From the IMG/VR virus record IMGVR_UViG_3300023278_002893, positions 124,001 through 188,000 of that record: 64,000 nt of DNA; one strand, 5' to 3'. A program made the translations under genes and the position numbers. The number at the start of each line of letters is the position of its first letter. The first letter of the stretch is position 1. Below are positions 12,801 to 20,448 of this stretch, piece after piece. The notes under the pieces were generated by a model. It was given only the letters and a program-made list of their open reading frames with translations, made no database searches and was not told where the DNA came from.

Positions 12801-13471
12801 TAGAAAGAAGGCGCATCCGACCACCCCGCAACAACAACCGTGCCTACGGGGAAGAAAGAACCACCTTCTGGATTTGTATCTGGATTCCCCACATCGTCTG
12901 GGAAAACATCATTTTTAATACGGATACCTTTCACGGTCGTGACTTTACCGTCCGCATCTGTTAGTTCGATTGTATCAGGCCCGTCAATAATTGTAGTAAG
13001 GAGAAATTGGGTAGAGGATCCATTACCCTCACTCCACCTGCAACACTTAGCAATCTCGGCCTGGATGTTACGAATTATTATATGGAAAGGTAGCTGCGTC
13101 TGATCTATACCCGTCACAGCCAGCCCACCAGCTCGAATTTGGGGAGACCTCAGATCCTCATCAGAGAAGCCCTTAGAGAACTCTCGAAAAAAGTCCATAG
13201 GCGGAGAATGACTGATCCCCATGCGCGCGCCTTCCCCATACCTATACTTAGTACAGGGCAGACATTTCCCCTCCCCATTACATCTACCGTCGTTAAAACA
13301 ACTAATATCCAACGGGCTGAAATAATGATTAGCAATACACCTACCAGAGGTATCCTGAGAAATCAAAGGGGTGAAACTTTCATCTGGATTAGTTTCCTGT
13401 GTAGTGCTCCAATAAGCACAAACGGGTATCTTTTCACCATCATAAGATGTACCGGTCAAAAATTTAACCAC
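6845..13471 (-). CDS. 2208-aa virion structural (tail tip/baseplate-like) protein with Cys clusters and an Ala-rich helical segment
   Basis: Long ORF, GTG start with purine-rich SD; Cys clusters at N-terminus, ~aa 410-440, ~aa 1580-1660 and C-terminus; location in tail module. Confidence 0.75.
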   Translation of the reverse strand: MVKFLTGTSYDGEKIPVCAYWSTTQETNPDESFTPLISQDTSGRCIANHYFSPLDISCFNDGRCNGEGKCLPCTKYRYGEGARMGISHSPPMDFFREFSKGFSDEDLRSPQIRAGGLAVTGIDQTQLPFHIIIRNIQAEIAKCCRWSEGNGSSTQFLLTTIIDGPDTIELTDADGKVTTVKGIRIKNDVFPDDVGNPDTNPEGGSFFPVGTVVVAGWSDAPSFYLEPRTGLVTPGEGVVFKSTENSETVNAQAKIIANGVGAALTRALDAINYCGFQAQQNANAEADYFNNIRTSSATAEQKQEAFDRTVAAGEAVNVIATAKVDATAASVIAFDEAQDLIVATTQDAVNSSAAACADALDDVADQLDVANVNCGGEPAAETAAGQSRQIRALSQSLRFAGRGGSTKCNLAFTDGNPAQAWNSPIDGSLPCNGMRSDCKFYTGPTWEFATTDKLEIGQKVTAEAIQELRYFSDDWTRYSDPEEEFRERFTTSFIWALKDFVDAGGVPDVADMILYRPKTMFAREPTNEEAPPDNPDTLDEENWETMLVEKVSISNFESLAFEKATSRIQPGSETLDLDRSTTYASKIGSFDVPANTRLRIAHPPNNLNAPFVYRAWTPEFTNRISLFGSASPEQVIYIVNDTALRERARYHEFYDSKDLFEIAVGLPGAASDFNGIAPEQLLQIFINLESEKATNQSAAVLGFDKVSSSRTGFWDSINQVDLVHNEINKIFVFIFTGPGTFIFDSVEVDYRVLHAVVGQDSFTSRDFTINDLGTNDTKLGIAIRNQVANARIVASMHQVLGEEPVFIDHGYYAWRFKDRNLRFSTLNAGSDLVPEDSVSGDNTAFVTESDASAFITNVSYRVVQYRAEETIDNWYLINDCGIIMAEIADPEVNRVMPLPNQRGEFQALSPVLVNNGATGSIVAPWAPESVVLNIGGEDKDMVLLYRNEDGVGLPANYGIYGPAPGDENLFGRPDPSQDTLTITYTYLRSQTHKKEGAGEVATEPEGAGEVVSNNFYGDRLRTHNHDVTFSDTGLVAGGNRPVAITQDQQDYVFVFKDSTDRPIGKKNVRFLVTYYNLACINVEIFYAWSSTCSTYGLIPDLFLATGGSNGRKESDLRATIDSSDLTLGHRAKNLVGSGPCTNIPNCGDHEVLRLAKTRKEFEVVGNIGGSDPGDPVSQKAFYPSAGQSLAGVDIAFTHPPESVWQLKRGTLWYPYITCEKPRYNKTMMGKAQTDTTELINITTSNSGATSGEFGAGTFSAGAGVQGPLAEQSSETHHAYDEVTARILDIHPTLRACLSGYTYGNTVLVGGASFSGYARKRGEVDTFWFDVMGWAFPPFGNFGRNMLMCEVATKRGDYSPSPESVAFRWMPVFPEREDMGAGAGLFGESLEPATLRLVATSCPLGGLSEDTPNESSDRYTHTSLITNRPAGGIDYPYVPYYPTFLPDALLGIEPEAQGIAPGAPVPVGAITTSWAWREQDKPIKRAQSGSDALIGMSFLPPDYFLDNRRMEVRLRPAEGEYVVAYTAPSYNKDGTISQNAEMRLGTGPPREILIDFINRQFGPALMPGTVYDTSQVLGDDALPCESRASSNLQLANLCSCEGNKDDTSGNELPAIFIHGDSLAPGDFVALYVSDEMGPAFPTDITRTDLSDPCCMCNYFLEQIHFRLSSTFLPLTINVDPALTTFTDIEYTWSRVPHGIGSNLAIDGIFSGQENRAQDYIALKSNGGGVLRRRPQTGAVRLDRTLVTAFWPSPTEAAKVLSDNSIGILVPGPLKDDDPKLLGGVPVSEDKESQGQSETITLDWTFDTFVAVKSVTVHFLAGKGMEVPKFFLYGIPTAARTGDFVTTRSGRLLGQSETVSIDTSVPGSFNSADIQAGEVLFSITIVPNLTDVVFWDKFYQEFHLVFGRRSNTLSMGIHSIQFTSDILTSNTSLTETIFIPERRYYTNSFSPPGKNPEENLAGMDSCTAYWRSTSTAPDRGGNRHRAYAWSAKITNESSTGQGGGQPTIGGDVTTLENLQAAEYGKARNLMSSPYRFDFVSFTPLDEQRWLTFLGGSLPSWTTTVSVTVNNIEDVTTYETDVSLYGEVPSRSVFHPPGHAWLHDLNENYNECCDGCGHSQLVEYKYAHLHDDLDPIETTGFWSDFSSGQGGASSVLPSAQATPDVRQMRERELFDQNGDPISAEVLNASGMRRDKAGNLILTGYTSDTLLT

Positions 13472-13491
13472 CTGTCACCTTCTCCTTTTCC

Positions 13492-13839
13492 TTAGTTAAA
13501 CGGTTCTAGGTCATAGTTCATTTGGCCTGTAGCCTCATCGACACGTATAATAACCTTACACTTCTCCTCCATATCATAATATCCAATGGTACGGGAGTGA
13601 ATCCCTTGCGAGGTCCCTCCCGTACTAACATCCACATATCCTTTTTTCTTTGGTACGATGTAGTGCTCTTTGTCGCAAAGATCCCAGATACGATCTTCCC
13701 ATTTCAAAATCATCCGTTGGATGTTCTTCTTCTTGGGAACTTTTATCCACTGCATCTGGTCTTCGGTTATCACAGTGCCGTCATGAAACTGGACTATCCA
13801 TCCACGCTTCATACGGACATCAACATCCCCGACCCTCAT
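13492..13839 (-). CDS. Hypothetical protein (115 aa)
   Basis: SD GGAG before ATG; packs between the HEPN gene and the 2208-aa gene. Confidence 0.7.
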   Translation of the reverse strand: MRVGDVDVRMKRGWIVQFHDGTVITEDQMQWIKVPKKKNIQRMILKWEDRIWDLCDKEHYIVPKKKGYVDVSTGGTSQGIHSRTIGYYDMEEKCKVIIRVDEATGQMNYDLEPFN

Positions 13840-13849
13840 AATATAACTC

Positions 13850-14218
13850 CTAATACTTTGATTTTAACATACCACACAGGCGCCTATGTAATTTCCGGGA
13901 CGACTCAAAGGATGTATCGGTATGTTTATATTCTGGATCATATCTGATCTGCTCACTCAAACCCTTCAGCCGTTTATAGTCAGGAATAAATTTTGAACAC
14001 TTACTCCTATATCCAAGCTCCGGACAATTACTTAATGATTCTCGCCGGGCATCGTGGTTCCCGGAACGAGGCAATCCTTTATGTTCCACCAGATAACCCT
14101 CTAACAAAAGAACAACTGATTGATAAAACCAAAAAATAGCTTCGTCTTTGTCGCCCCTGACTATAGCACGGTTTGCTTTTTCTTCATGTACCACAGAACG
14201 TTCTTTGTAAATACTCAC
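13850..14218 (-). CDS. HEPN-domain protein (putative toxin of an MNT-HEPN pair)
   Basis: 122 aa, helical; AIFWFYQSVVLLLEGYL, RSGNHD and EQIRYD match the HEPN pattern (A.F..yQa.E..lka.l / H / RY); lies directly downstream of an MNT-like gene. Confidence 0.65.
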   Translation of the reverse strand: MSIYKERSVVHEEKANRAIVRGDKDEAIFWFYQSVVLLLEGYLVEHKGLPRSGNHDARRESLSNCPELGYRSKCSKFIPDYKRLKGLSEQIRYDPEYKHTDTSFESSRKLHRRLCGMLKSKY

Positions 14219-14230
14219 AAAAATTCCCCA

Positions 14231-14548
14231 CTATCGCACAAAATAACTGTTAAAATAATCTGCTGGAGACTCGCTATAATCTCTGCCCTGGTGCGCCCAT
14301 GACACGACACAACCTTTAGGATATTTCTGGCGAATACTATATTCAAATTCTTCTAACTGCTCGTACGCTTCCTCTGTGTGTTCTTGAATCCACACAAACA
14401 AATCTAATCTGTCCCCGCTCCCTACTTTACCAAAAACCGCATCAATACAATACAAGCGCTTTACCAAATCTTTGATAGATTCGCGCAGACCTCCAGTGTC
14501 CTCTCTTTGCATAGACATGGCACCTCCCGACCTCTCCATTTGTTCCAT
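14231..14548 (-). CDS. Minimal nucleotidyltransferase (MNT)-fold-like protein, putative antitoxin
   Basis: 105 aa; IDAVFGKVGSGDRLDLFVWI followed by an acidic helix and a strand resembles the MNT fold, but the canonical GSx10DxD is degenerate; adjacent to HEPN. Confidence 0.5.
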   Translation of the reverse strand: MEQMERSGGAMSMQREDTGGLRESIKDLVKRLYCIDAVFGKVGSGDRLDLFVWIQEHTEEAYEQLEEFEYSIRQKYPKGCVVSWAHQGRDYSESPADYFNSYFVR

Positions 14549-14562
14549 CTCTTTGATCCTTT

Positions 14563-15339
14563 CTATCCTATTATAACCTTACCAGATGTGTCTATAATAC
14601 CCAATCGTATTAGATCATCGCGGTAAAGAACTATCAAATTATCTATCTGTGCTTTTATTGAATTAAGTTTGGACCTACCTTCCTCATCACAGAATCCTTT
14701 AATCTCCACAAGACAGGGGATCTTGGATAGGAACCCCTGGGGTAGATAAAAATCTGAGACATAGGTTCTGGTTTTACCATTGTGTATGTATTTAAATCTA
14801 TACTTCTCATACTCCCAAACAATTCCTAGGGAATCTAAATAAACCGCAAAACCATATTCCCATTTGGAACGGAAAACCTCACCTTTATAATCCACCCTTG
14901 TTCCGTAGGGATTGCGGCTGGAAACAGATAGGTTCTTTTTACCGTTGAAAACCACATCCGACATGAGATTTTTTGTTTCTTCCGAATGACCTACACCGTA
15001 AATAGGATTCAATTCTTTGATCCGAGCTTCGGATTTAGTACGTAAAGGTATGCCAAACTCTCTCATCTTCTTGGTCACTGTGTTTTTATGCGCCCCTAGT
15101 ATTTTACCAATCTCCACAGGGTGCATCTTCTTATCCCAGTACATTTCTTTGAGTACGTGTTTATCAATATGAACCTCTTTGCGGGCATTACAGCCCCGCA
15201 TTTTGACTCCTGCGGACGCTAGTCGCGTCTGTACGAGACTTACTGAGCACCCCAGCTGCTCTGCTACCTCTTTTCCAAGAAGGCCGCCCTCATACAATCC
15301 TATGATATCTTCTGTATTGATATCTTTTCTTTGAACCAT
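14563..15339 (-). CDS. PD-(D/E)XK homing-type endonuclease with two HTH repeats and a NUMOD3-like motif
   Basis: HTH repeats (EVAEQLGCSVSLVQTRL; EIGKILGAHKNTVTKKM), HSEETKNLMS, and C-terminal FRSKWE...WEYE...YVSDFYLP...LVEIKGF. Confidence 0.8.
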   Translation of the reverse strand: MVQRKDINTEDIIGLYEGGLLGKEVAEQLGCSVSLVQTRLASAGVKMRGCNARKEVHIDKHVLKEMYWDKKMHPVEIGKILGAHKNTVTKKMREFGIPLRTKSEARIKELNPIYGVGHSEETKNLMSDVVFNGKKNLSVSSRNPYGTRVDYKGEVFRSKWEYGFAVYLDSLGIVWEYEKYRFKYIHNGKTRTYVSDFYLPQGFLSKIPCLVEIKGFCDEEGRSKLNSIKAQIDNLIVLYRDDLIRLGIIDTSGKVIIG

Positions 15340-15381
15340 CTAACCCCTCCTCCAAAGAATCTTCCGATCCTCCGTTGAAGA

Positions 15382-15410
15382 ATAATAGGATATCAAATAG
15401 AGTTTGTCAA
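15382..15410 (-). promoter_or_regulatory. Sigma70-type promoter (TTGACA-17 nt-TATTAT) for the nuclease-MNT-HEPN cassette
   Basis: Minus strand TTGACA (15410-15405), 17-nt spacer aactctatttgatatcc, TATTAT (15387-15382), then GGAGGAGG SD. Confidence 0.8.
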
Positions 15411-15448
15411 GTATAGAATGTTCTAAATACTCTAAGTAGTTGATTTAT

Positions 15449-17083
15449 CTAAGAAAAGTCAAAGAACATTCTGTAATTTATAGTGCTATTAGCACCTGTC
15501 TCATCCGCTCCCAATCTAATACCCAACCAGATAATATCGCTCACCAAAGCACCTTGGTAATTACCAATTGCTTCAGCATTATCAGCGGAACTCACCACTG
15601 CAAGATCTGCCTTAGTGGCAAACAAATTGTTCGGAGAAGTATCACTATCAATATCTGTTGCTAGAATGTTTCCGAGGCCATCCCCATCAACAGAGAACTC
15701 TACCTGGTCGTTGGCAGTGGCACCAGAACCTGCTGCGGAATTACCAGCACCTGCATTTCCGAAATAGAACTGAGTGTCGTTATTTCCCTGATCGTGATGT
15801 TGGAAAGTACCGTCACTCTGGAGACTGAACTTAACAGTAGACATGGAGACTGCTCCACCTATAATCTCAAACCAAACAGCATTTACAGGGCTGTTGGTAG
15901 ATACGGTAACATTACCGAAGTTCAACTGAGTGACCGGTTCGGTAAGGGGCTGAGGACCTCGACAAATCACCGAGATCATCTCTCCCGCTGCGTGAGTACC
16001 AGTAGCTTCGAAGCCCATGGTAACTCCCCGAGTACCAACCTGATTAGGAACAACATCAGTAGTCTTAGCGGCGATACCCTTGGCTTTGGAGGAGTCCCCT
16101 AACCACGAATCCCAAATATACTTAGAGGATCCCGGAGAAGTACTTGCAATCGCGGCTCCCGAAGCAACAACATCGTACGAATCGCTACTTCCAAATACTG
16201 CGTCTGCCCATTTAACACGGGCTCCTAGAAGTCCCAAATCATACCAAGAATCTGCATATAGAAGCTCCACCGGCCCGCCATTGTCTGACACGGGGCTGGC
16301 AGTCCAACTCATCTGGGGAACATTCAAAGAACCCGCTCCCATAGAAGAACCATTAGTAGTGTCGATTGTGATTGTATAGGTAGTATCGGTTTGGCTAGTA
16401 TGGTGATAAAGACCACCTGTTGTAAGATTACTTACATTGTAAGTTGGAGAACCAACGGCGGTAGCGTCCATGATCACTTCATTATCAGAAAGTTCTAAGG
16501 TGTAGTAATCATCAAATTGGCCACCATAAGATCCCGAAACTGTGGAATCTCCGGTAAAAGAACTGGCTGCGAAAAGGGTTGCGAAATCCGCGCCGGCGGA
16601 ATCGGTAGGAGCATCAAATCCCAAAGTGGCTCGTGCATCTCTGGAACCTAATGGAGTAAATACAGGCTCGTTGCTACCTGAATTACTTCCCAACTTACCT
16701 GTGTATATGATGAAATTATTGGTAGTGTTGGTACCTACAGGAACAAGTCCTTGACTACCATTTCGCCAATTACATTGGGCGAACTTCCAACTGTCATTAG
16801 ACGGCTGGGCCTCATGGAGACGAAATTCAATATCCCTCGCTACAAAACGAGGATCTAAATCAACTCCTGAGGTAAGAGTGATGGTGGAAGTACTACCTCC
16901 ATTTATAGCGATCTGCAACTGATCATTGGAGTTGGTGGTGATTGTAAACGTATCAACACCCGCACCGAGATTGGAACCACGACTAAAACCTCGGGATCCC
17001 TTAGACGCTTCGTCATCAGAAGTACCTGTGGCGAATGTCTGTGCAGTCACTGAAAATTCTACGAATCTGCTTACAGCAACCAT
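15449..17083 (-). CDS. Virion structural protein (544 aa, S/T/G-rich beta protein)
   Basis: SD AGGAGG; shares an N-terminal module with the 318-aa (27540) and giant (1..6459) proteins. Confidence 0.75.
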   Translation of the reverse strand: MVAVSRFVEFSVTAQTFATGTSDDEASKGSRGFSRGSNLGAGVDTFTITTNSNDQLQIAINGGSTSTITLTSGVDLDPRFVARDIEFRLHEAQPSNDSWKFAQCNWRNGSQGLVPVGTNTTNNFIIYTGKLGSNSGSNEPVFTPLGSRDARATLGFDAPTDSAGADFATLFAASSFTGDSTVSGSYGGQFDDYYTLELSDNEVIMDATAVGSPTYNVSNLTTGGLYHHTSQTDTTYTITIDTTNGSSMGAGSLNVPQMSWTASPVSDNGGPVELLYADSWYDLGLLGARVKWADAVFGSSDSYDVVASGAAIASTSPGSSKYIWDSWLGDSSKAKGIAAKTTDVVPNQVGTRGVTMGFEATGTHAAGEMISVICRGPQPLTEPVTQLNFGNVTVSTNSPVNAVWFEIIGGAVSMSTVKFSLQSDGTFQHHDQGNNDTQFYFGNAGAGNSAAGSGATANDQVEFSVDGDGLGNILATDIDSDTSPNNLFATKADLAVVSSADNAEAIGNYQGALVSDIIWLGIRLGADETGANSTINYRMFFDFS

Positions 17084-17103
17084 ATTGGCTGACCTCCTTA
17101 AAT

Positions 17104-20100
17104 TTACTTATCTTGTATGATAAATGTATGTGTAAAGCTGAGTCTATTACCTTCATTGTCGAAGACTTCAACTTCTATGTCTATAGTCTTGCCGTACTCA
17201 AAGTGTGTGCTCTGTGGATCTAGACTTGCGGGGAGATCCGCAATCTGGATATTGGATATGATAGATGCACCGAGATCCACATGTTGTAGACTCTCGGTGA
17301 GGAAATCATAGAATAAACTTGCCTCATTGAACTTCTTTCCGAAGTTCTTAACTTCAGACAAAACCTGAATGTTTGAGATGAATGGGAACACTTCCTCCGC
17401 GCCAGATCCCGTTCCTGTTGATCTGTTAGGCCAATCAACATCGTATCCTGCGTGTAGTAAGAAAGTCTGTTCCTTGATTACGGGGAATGGGCCTGGGAAA
17501 TTATTCTCCGCATGAACAAATACAGAAACATCGAGGCGGTCCGTCATGACATTTTCGGAGGGGACGCTGTAAATCACCCTGTCTGGACCTAAACCGCTCG
17601 TAGTAATAACTAATCCTGAGGGAACTACCCCATCAACCAAGAAATCAGTACCACTAGTACTAACTCCATAAACAAGATCTTCAACGGCGACGGAAATTTC
17701 AGTACCCGTAGTAACCAAGATAGAAGAGCCCTGGTCGATAAAGAAATCGGTGATGGAGAGGGTGTCTGCAGGAGTTATTGTAAATTCATAATCTGTGCTT
17801 GTGGAATTACCCACGTTATCCGAAGCCTCTATGGTACCAGTCACCGTCTCGCCGAAAGTGAAAGGAGCGGCTGTGGTATATACGTAATCAAAGCCCCTGC
17901 CCGCATTAACTACCTTGCTAAATGAACCCGCTGTCGCTGCATCATTGACTATCTTCACCGAACCATTGATAAGGAGTCTAACAGAAACTGGATCCACACC
18001 CGAGGCATCGTCGGTAAGATTCCAGGACAGGGTCGTGTCTGGGGAAACCTGCGTGTCCAGATCCTCAGGATAAACAAGAGACAAGACCGGGGGATCGCCG
18101 TCGGCGGCTCCAGATATAGTAGCACTCAAAACACCCGATCCCAGGACGGAAAACTGGTATGTAGTAATGGACTGATTACTTACAGGGTCTGCAAGATCGG
18201 TCAGCTCACCACTAACCGTGACAATGGACTGCTGGGGATAATCCTCATTACGTGTAAAGTCATATTGAATATCCCGTGGAGAAATAACAGTCCTATCACC
18301 TGAAGGCCACGTGGTACTAGTCTGCACCGTACTTGCATTTACTATCTGGACATCATCCACCCAAACATCTACATTGGATGTATCCAGACTAGAGTGCGTA
18401 TCCTTGACATGGAAACTGAGAACGCCATCAGGAACATTATAGGTAGTTCCGGACACAGGCGCTGTCTCGTCAAAGAAAGGCGGAGTCTGGTCAATAGAAT
18501 TCACTTCATCGAAATTAGTAATCGTGAATGGAATTCCACTGGTTACTGGAGCATTAGTATTGACATGTGCAAAACTACTGGTCTGTAGTAAATGACTTGG
18601 GTCAATCGACACAGTAAGCGCAAACGCATCCACGACTGACGTAACGTCAAGGAAGTCCGAAGAAACTATGTGCCAAATATCTACATTGTTGAATGTAAAA
18701 AAAGAATTCTCCGTATCCTGCTTCAGGTCACGGGTGTATGCGGTTATTACATCTGCCGTACTACTAAGTCCTATACTCGCGGCAGGCCCCAGTGTTGTAA
18801 ATCCTGAAGGATCTACAGGAGCACCTCCCGATCCATTATAGGTATATTGTAGATGATAAACATCTTCCCCATCATTACTGAAAACTAGGTTAGTGGAGTA
18901 TTGCCTATCCCCCGAAAGGAAACTTGGCATATGGTGCCAAAAGAACACATCTAGAATTGTAGATTCATAGTTTTGGGGCAAGACCACAGTCTGTCTAATA
19001 TATTGCGATACGGTATCATCTGTATCAGGAGCAGCAACGTATGCAAAATAACTTCCCTCTTGGGGAAGTATCCCATCAGGGACAGACGCGAATGGAATAT
19101 CAGTACTAGTAGTTACCACGTCTGTCAAAGTACCTGTACTTACTACCCACCCAGTAAAGTCACCAAGCTCAAAGCCTCCATTGATAACCTGATCGGAGGG
19201 AGCGAATGTGGCGTCTGCTATCTCCGGCCCCTTGACAGCGGTCAATGGCGCTGTACGTTCAGTAGATCTCCAATTCTCAAAAGTGCTGAGAAACGCATGA
19301 CTGGATAGGTAGAAGGGTGTTACATCATGACGATCCCGTTCGGTATTGGGGTCTAATTCCGTTGGGGTAAAGAAGAAAGGAGACCTGTCAAAATCTCTTT
19401 CGTAGGTTTCCAAAGTACCGATAACAGCAGAGAAGTTTCTTGAGCGCTGCTGCGACACAGTACTAATTGCATGTAGTGGTTCAGAGATACTTGTGGGAAA
19501 CAACTCTAGTTGAGGCTGCCCGGTAGTAATAACAAACCAATCCCAAAGAGTGTCGAATGTGGTCGGGAAGAGGGTATCTTCCATATCTGTAACTATCCAC
19601 AACCTAATCTGGGTATATGAAAATGTAGATGCAACATCGGTAAGGAGAAGCCTAGTAAAGGTTTGGAACTCGTCCGCACCGATCTGGGTAAGCCCAACTA
19701 CCTTGTTGATGGTGGGAAATCCTGGCGGTCGTTTGGGAAGCTCACCCTCTGTAAAGTTATAGGCTATGGTATAAAAAGTAAGACCCGTATTGATAAACTC
19801 CACGGCCACCATGCCGTGCCTAGCTGCGGGACTACCAAAAAATGCAAAAGCGCTGTCAGATGCCACTGAAAACTGGAGGATGCCTAGTAACGAAGTGTGA
19901 GAAAACTCTTCAATGGTCTGAGACAGAGCTAGTGTTCCCGTCTCCCCATCCTTAAACATATGGAGCATGCGCTCACCATTAGGAACTGCAAGATCGGCCG
20001 GATCGCCATTGTCAAAACCCACCCCTTTGGGGAACTCAGAAACAACATTCACACCGTGTCTTTGTCCAGAAACTGTTGCATCTACGTGAAGCGTCCATCG

Positions 20101-20436
20101 GGAAGAGCCGCTCTCGAAACTCGGGTTCTGGACAACATTACTATAAACCAAAGGAACAAGTTGATTTTCGGAACCCTCAAGTTTGGCAACAATAATATCA
20201 CCCTTGTTACCTGCCCCCTGGAACGCATGGAATGGCTCAGCGGTGGTATTGATATCGCCGGACTGAAGACCATCATTCTCTACAGTAAAACCCGTATAAG
20301 GCGTGGTGTGGGTGGCTCCGGTAACTATACCCGACTGATTCTGATCGTTGGACGCTACGATACCAGAGCCAGCTACAACCGTTGTAGTCTGTGTTACGAC
20401 AACTGGGGGAAAATCAAAGCCGGGAATGGAGGGCAA
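17104..20436 (-). CDS. Tail fibre/adhesin-like protein (1110 aa): two CBM4/9-like domains plus Ig-like repeats
   Basis: VVQNPSFESGSSRW and VINGGFELGDFTGW (CBM-like starts); repeats D..PP....P...LSF...D..SG.D...V...I.G. Confidence 0.7.
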   Translation of the reverse strand: MPSIPGFDFPPVVVTQTTTVVAGSGIVASNDQNQSGIVTGATHTTPYTGFTVENDGLQSGDINTTAEPFHAFQGAGNKGDIIVAKLEGSENQLVPLVYSNVVQNPSFESGSSRWTLHVDATVSGQRHGVNVVSEFPKGVGFDNGDPADLAVPNGERMLHMFKDGETGTLALSQTIEEFSHTSLLGILQFSVASDSAFAFFGSPAARHGMVAVEFINTGLTFYTIAYNFTEGELPKRPPGFPTINKVVGLTQIGADEFQTFTRLLLTDVASTFSYTQIRLWIVTDMEDTLFPTTFDTLWDWFVITTGQPQLELFPTSISEPLHAISTVSQQRSRNFSAVIGTLETYERDFDRSPFFFTPTELDPNTERDRHDVTPFYLSSHAFLSTFENWRSTERTAPLTAVKGPEIADATFAPSDQVINGGFELGDFTGWVVSTGTLTDVVTTSTDIPFASVPDGILPQEGSYFAYVAAPDTDDTVSQYIRQTVVLPQNYESTILDVFFWHHMPSFLSGDRQYSTNLVFSNDGEDVYHLQYTYNGSGGAPVDPSGFTTLGPAASIGLSSTADVITAYTRDLKQDTENSFFTFNNVDIWHIVSSDFLDVTSVVDAFALTVSIDPSHLLQTSSFAHVNTNAPVTSGIPFTITNFDEVNSIDQTPPFFDETAPVSGTTYNVPDGVLSFHVKDTHSSLDTSNVDVWVDDVQIVNASTVQTSTTWPSGDRTVISPRDIQYDFTRNEDYPQQSIVTVSGELTDLADPVSNQSITTYQFSVLGSGVLSATISGAADGDPPVLSLVYPEDLDTQVSPDTTLSWNLTDDASGVDPVSVRLLINGSVKIVNDAATAGSFSKVVNAGRGFDYVYTTAAPFTFGETVTGTIEASDNVGNSTSTDYEFTITPADTLSITDFFIDQGSSILVTTGTEISVAVEDLVYGVSTSGTDFLVDGVVPSGLVITTSGLGPDRVIYSVPSENVMTDRLDVSVFVHAENNFPGPFPVIKEQTFLLHAGYDVDWPNRSTGTGSGAEEVFPFISNIQVLSEVKNFGKKFNEASLFYDFLTESLQHVDLGASIISNIQIADLPASLDPQSTHFEYGKTIDIEVEVFDNEGNRLSFTHTFIIQDK

Positions 20437-20448
20437 GTTAGTCCCTCC

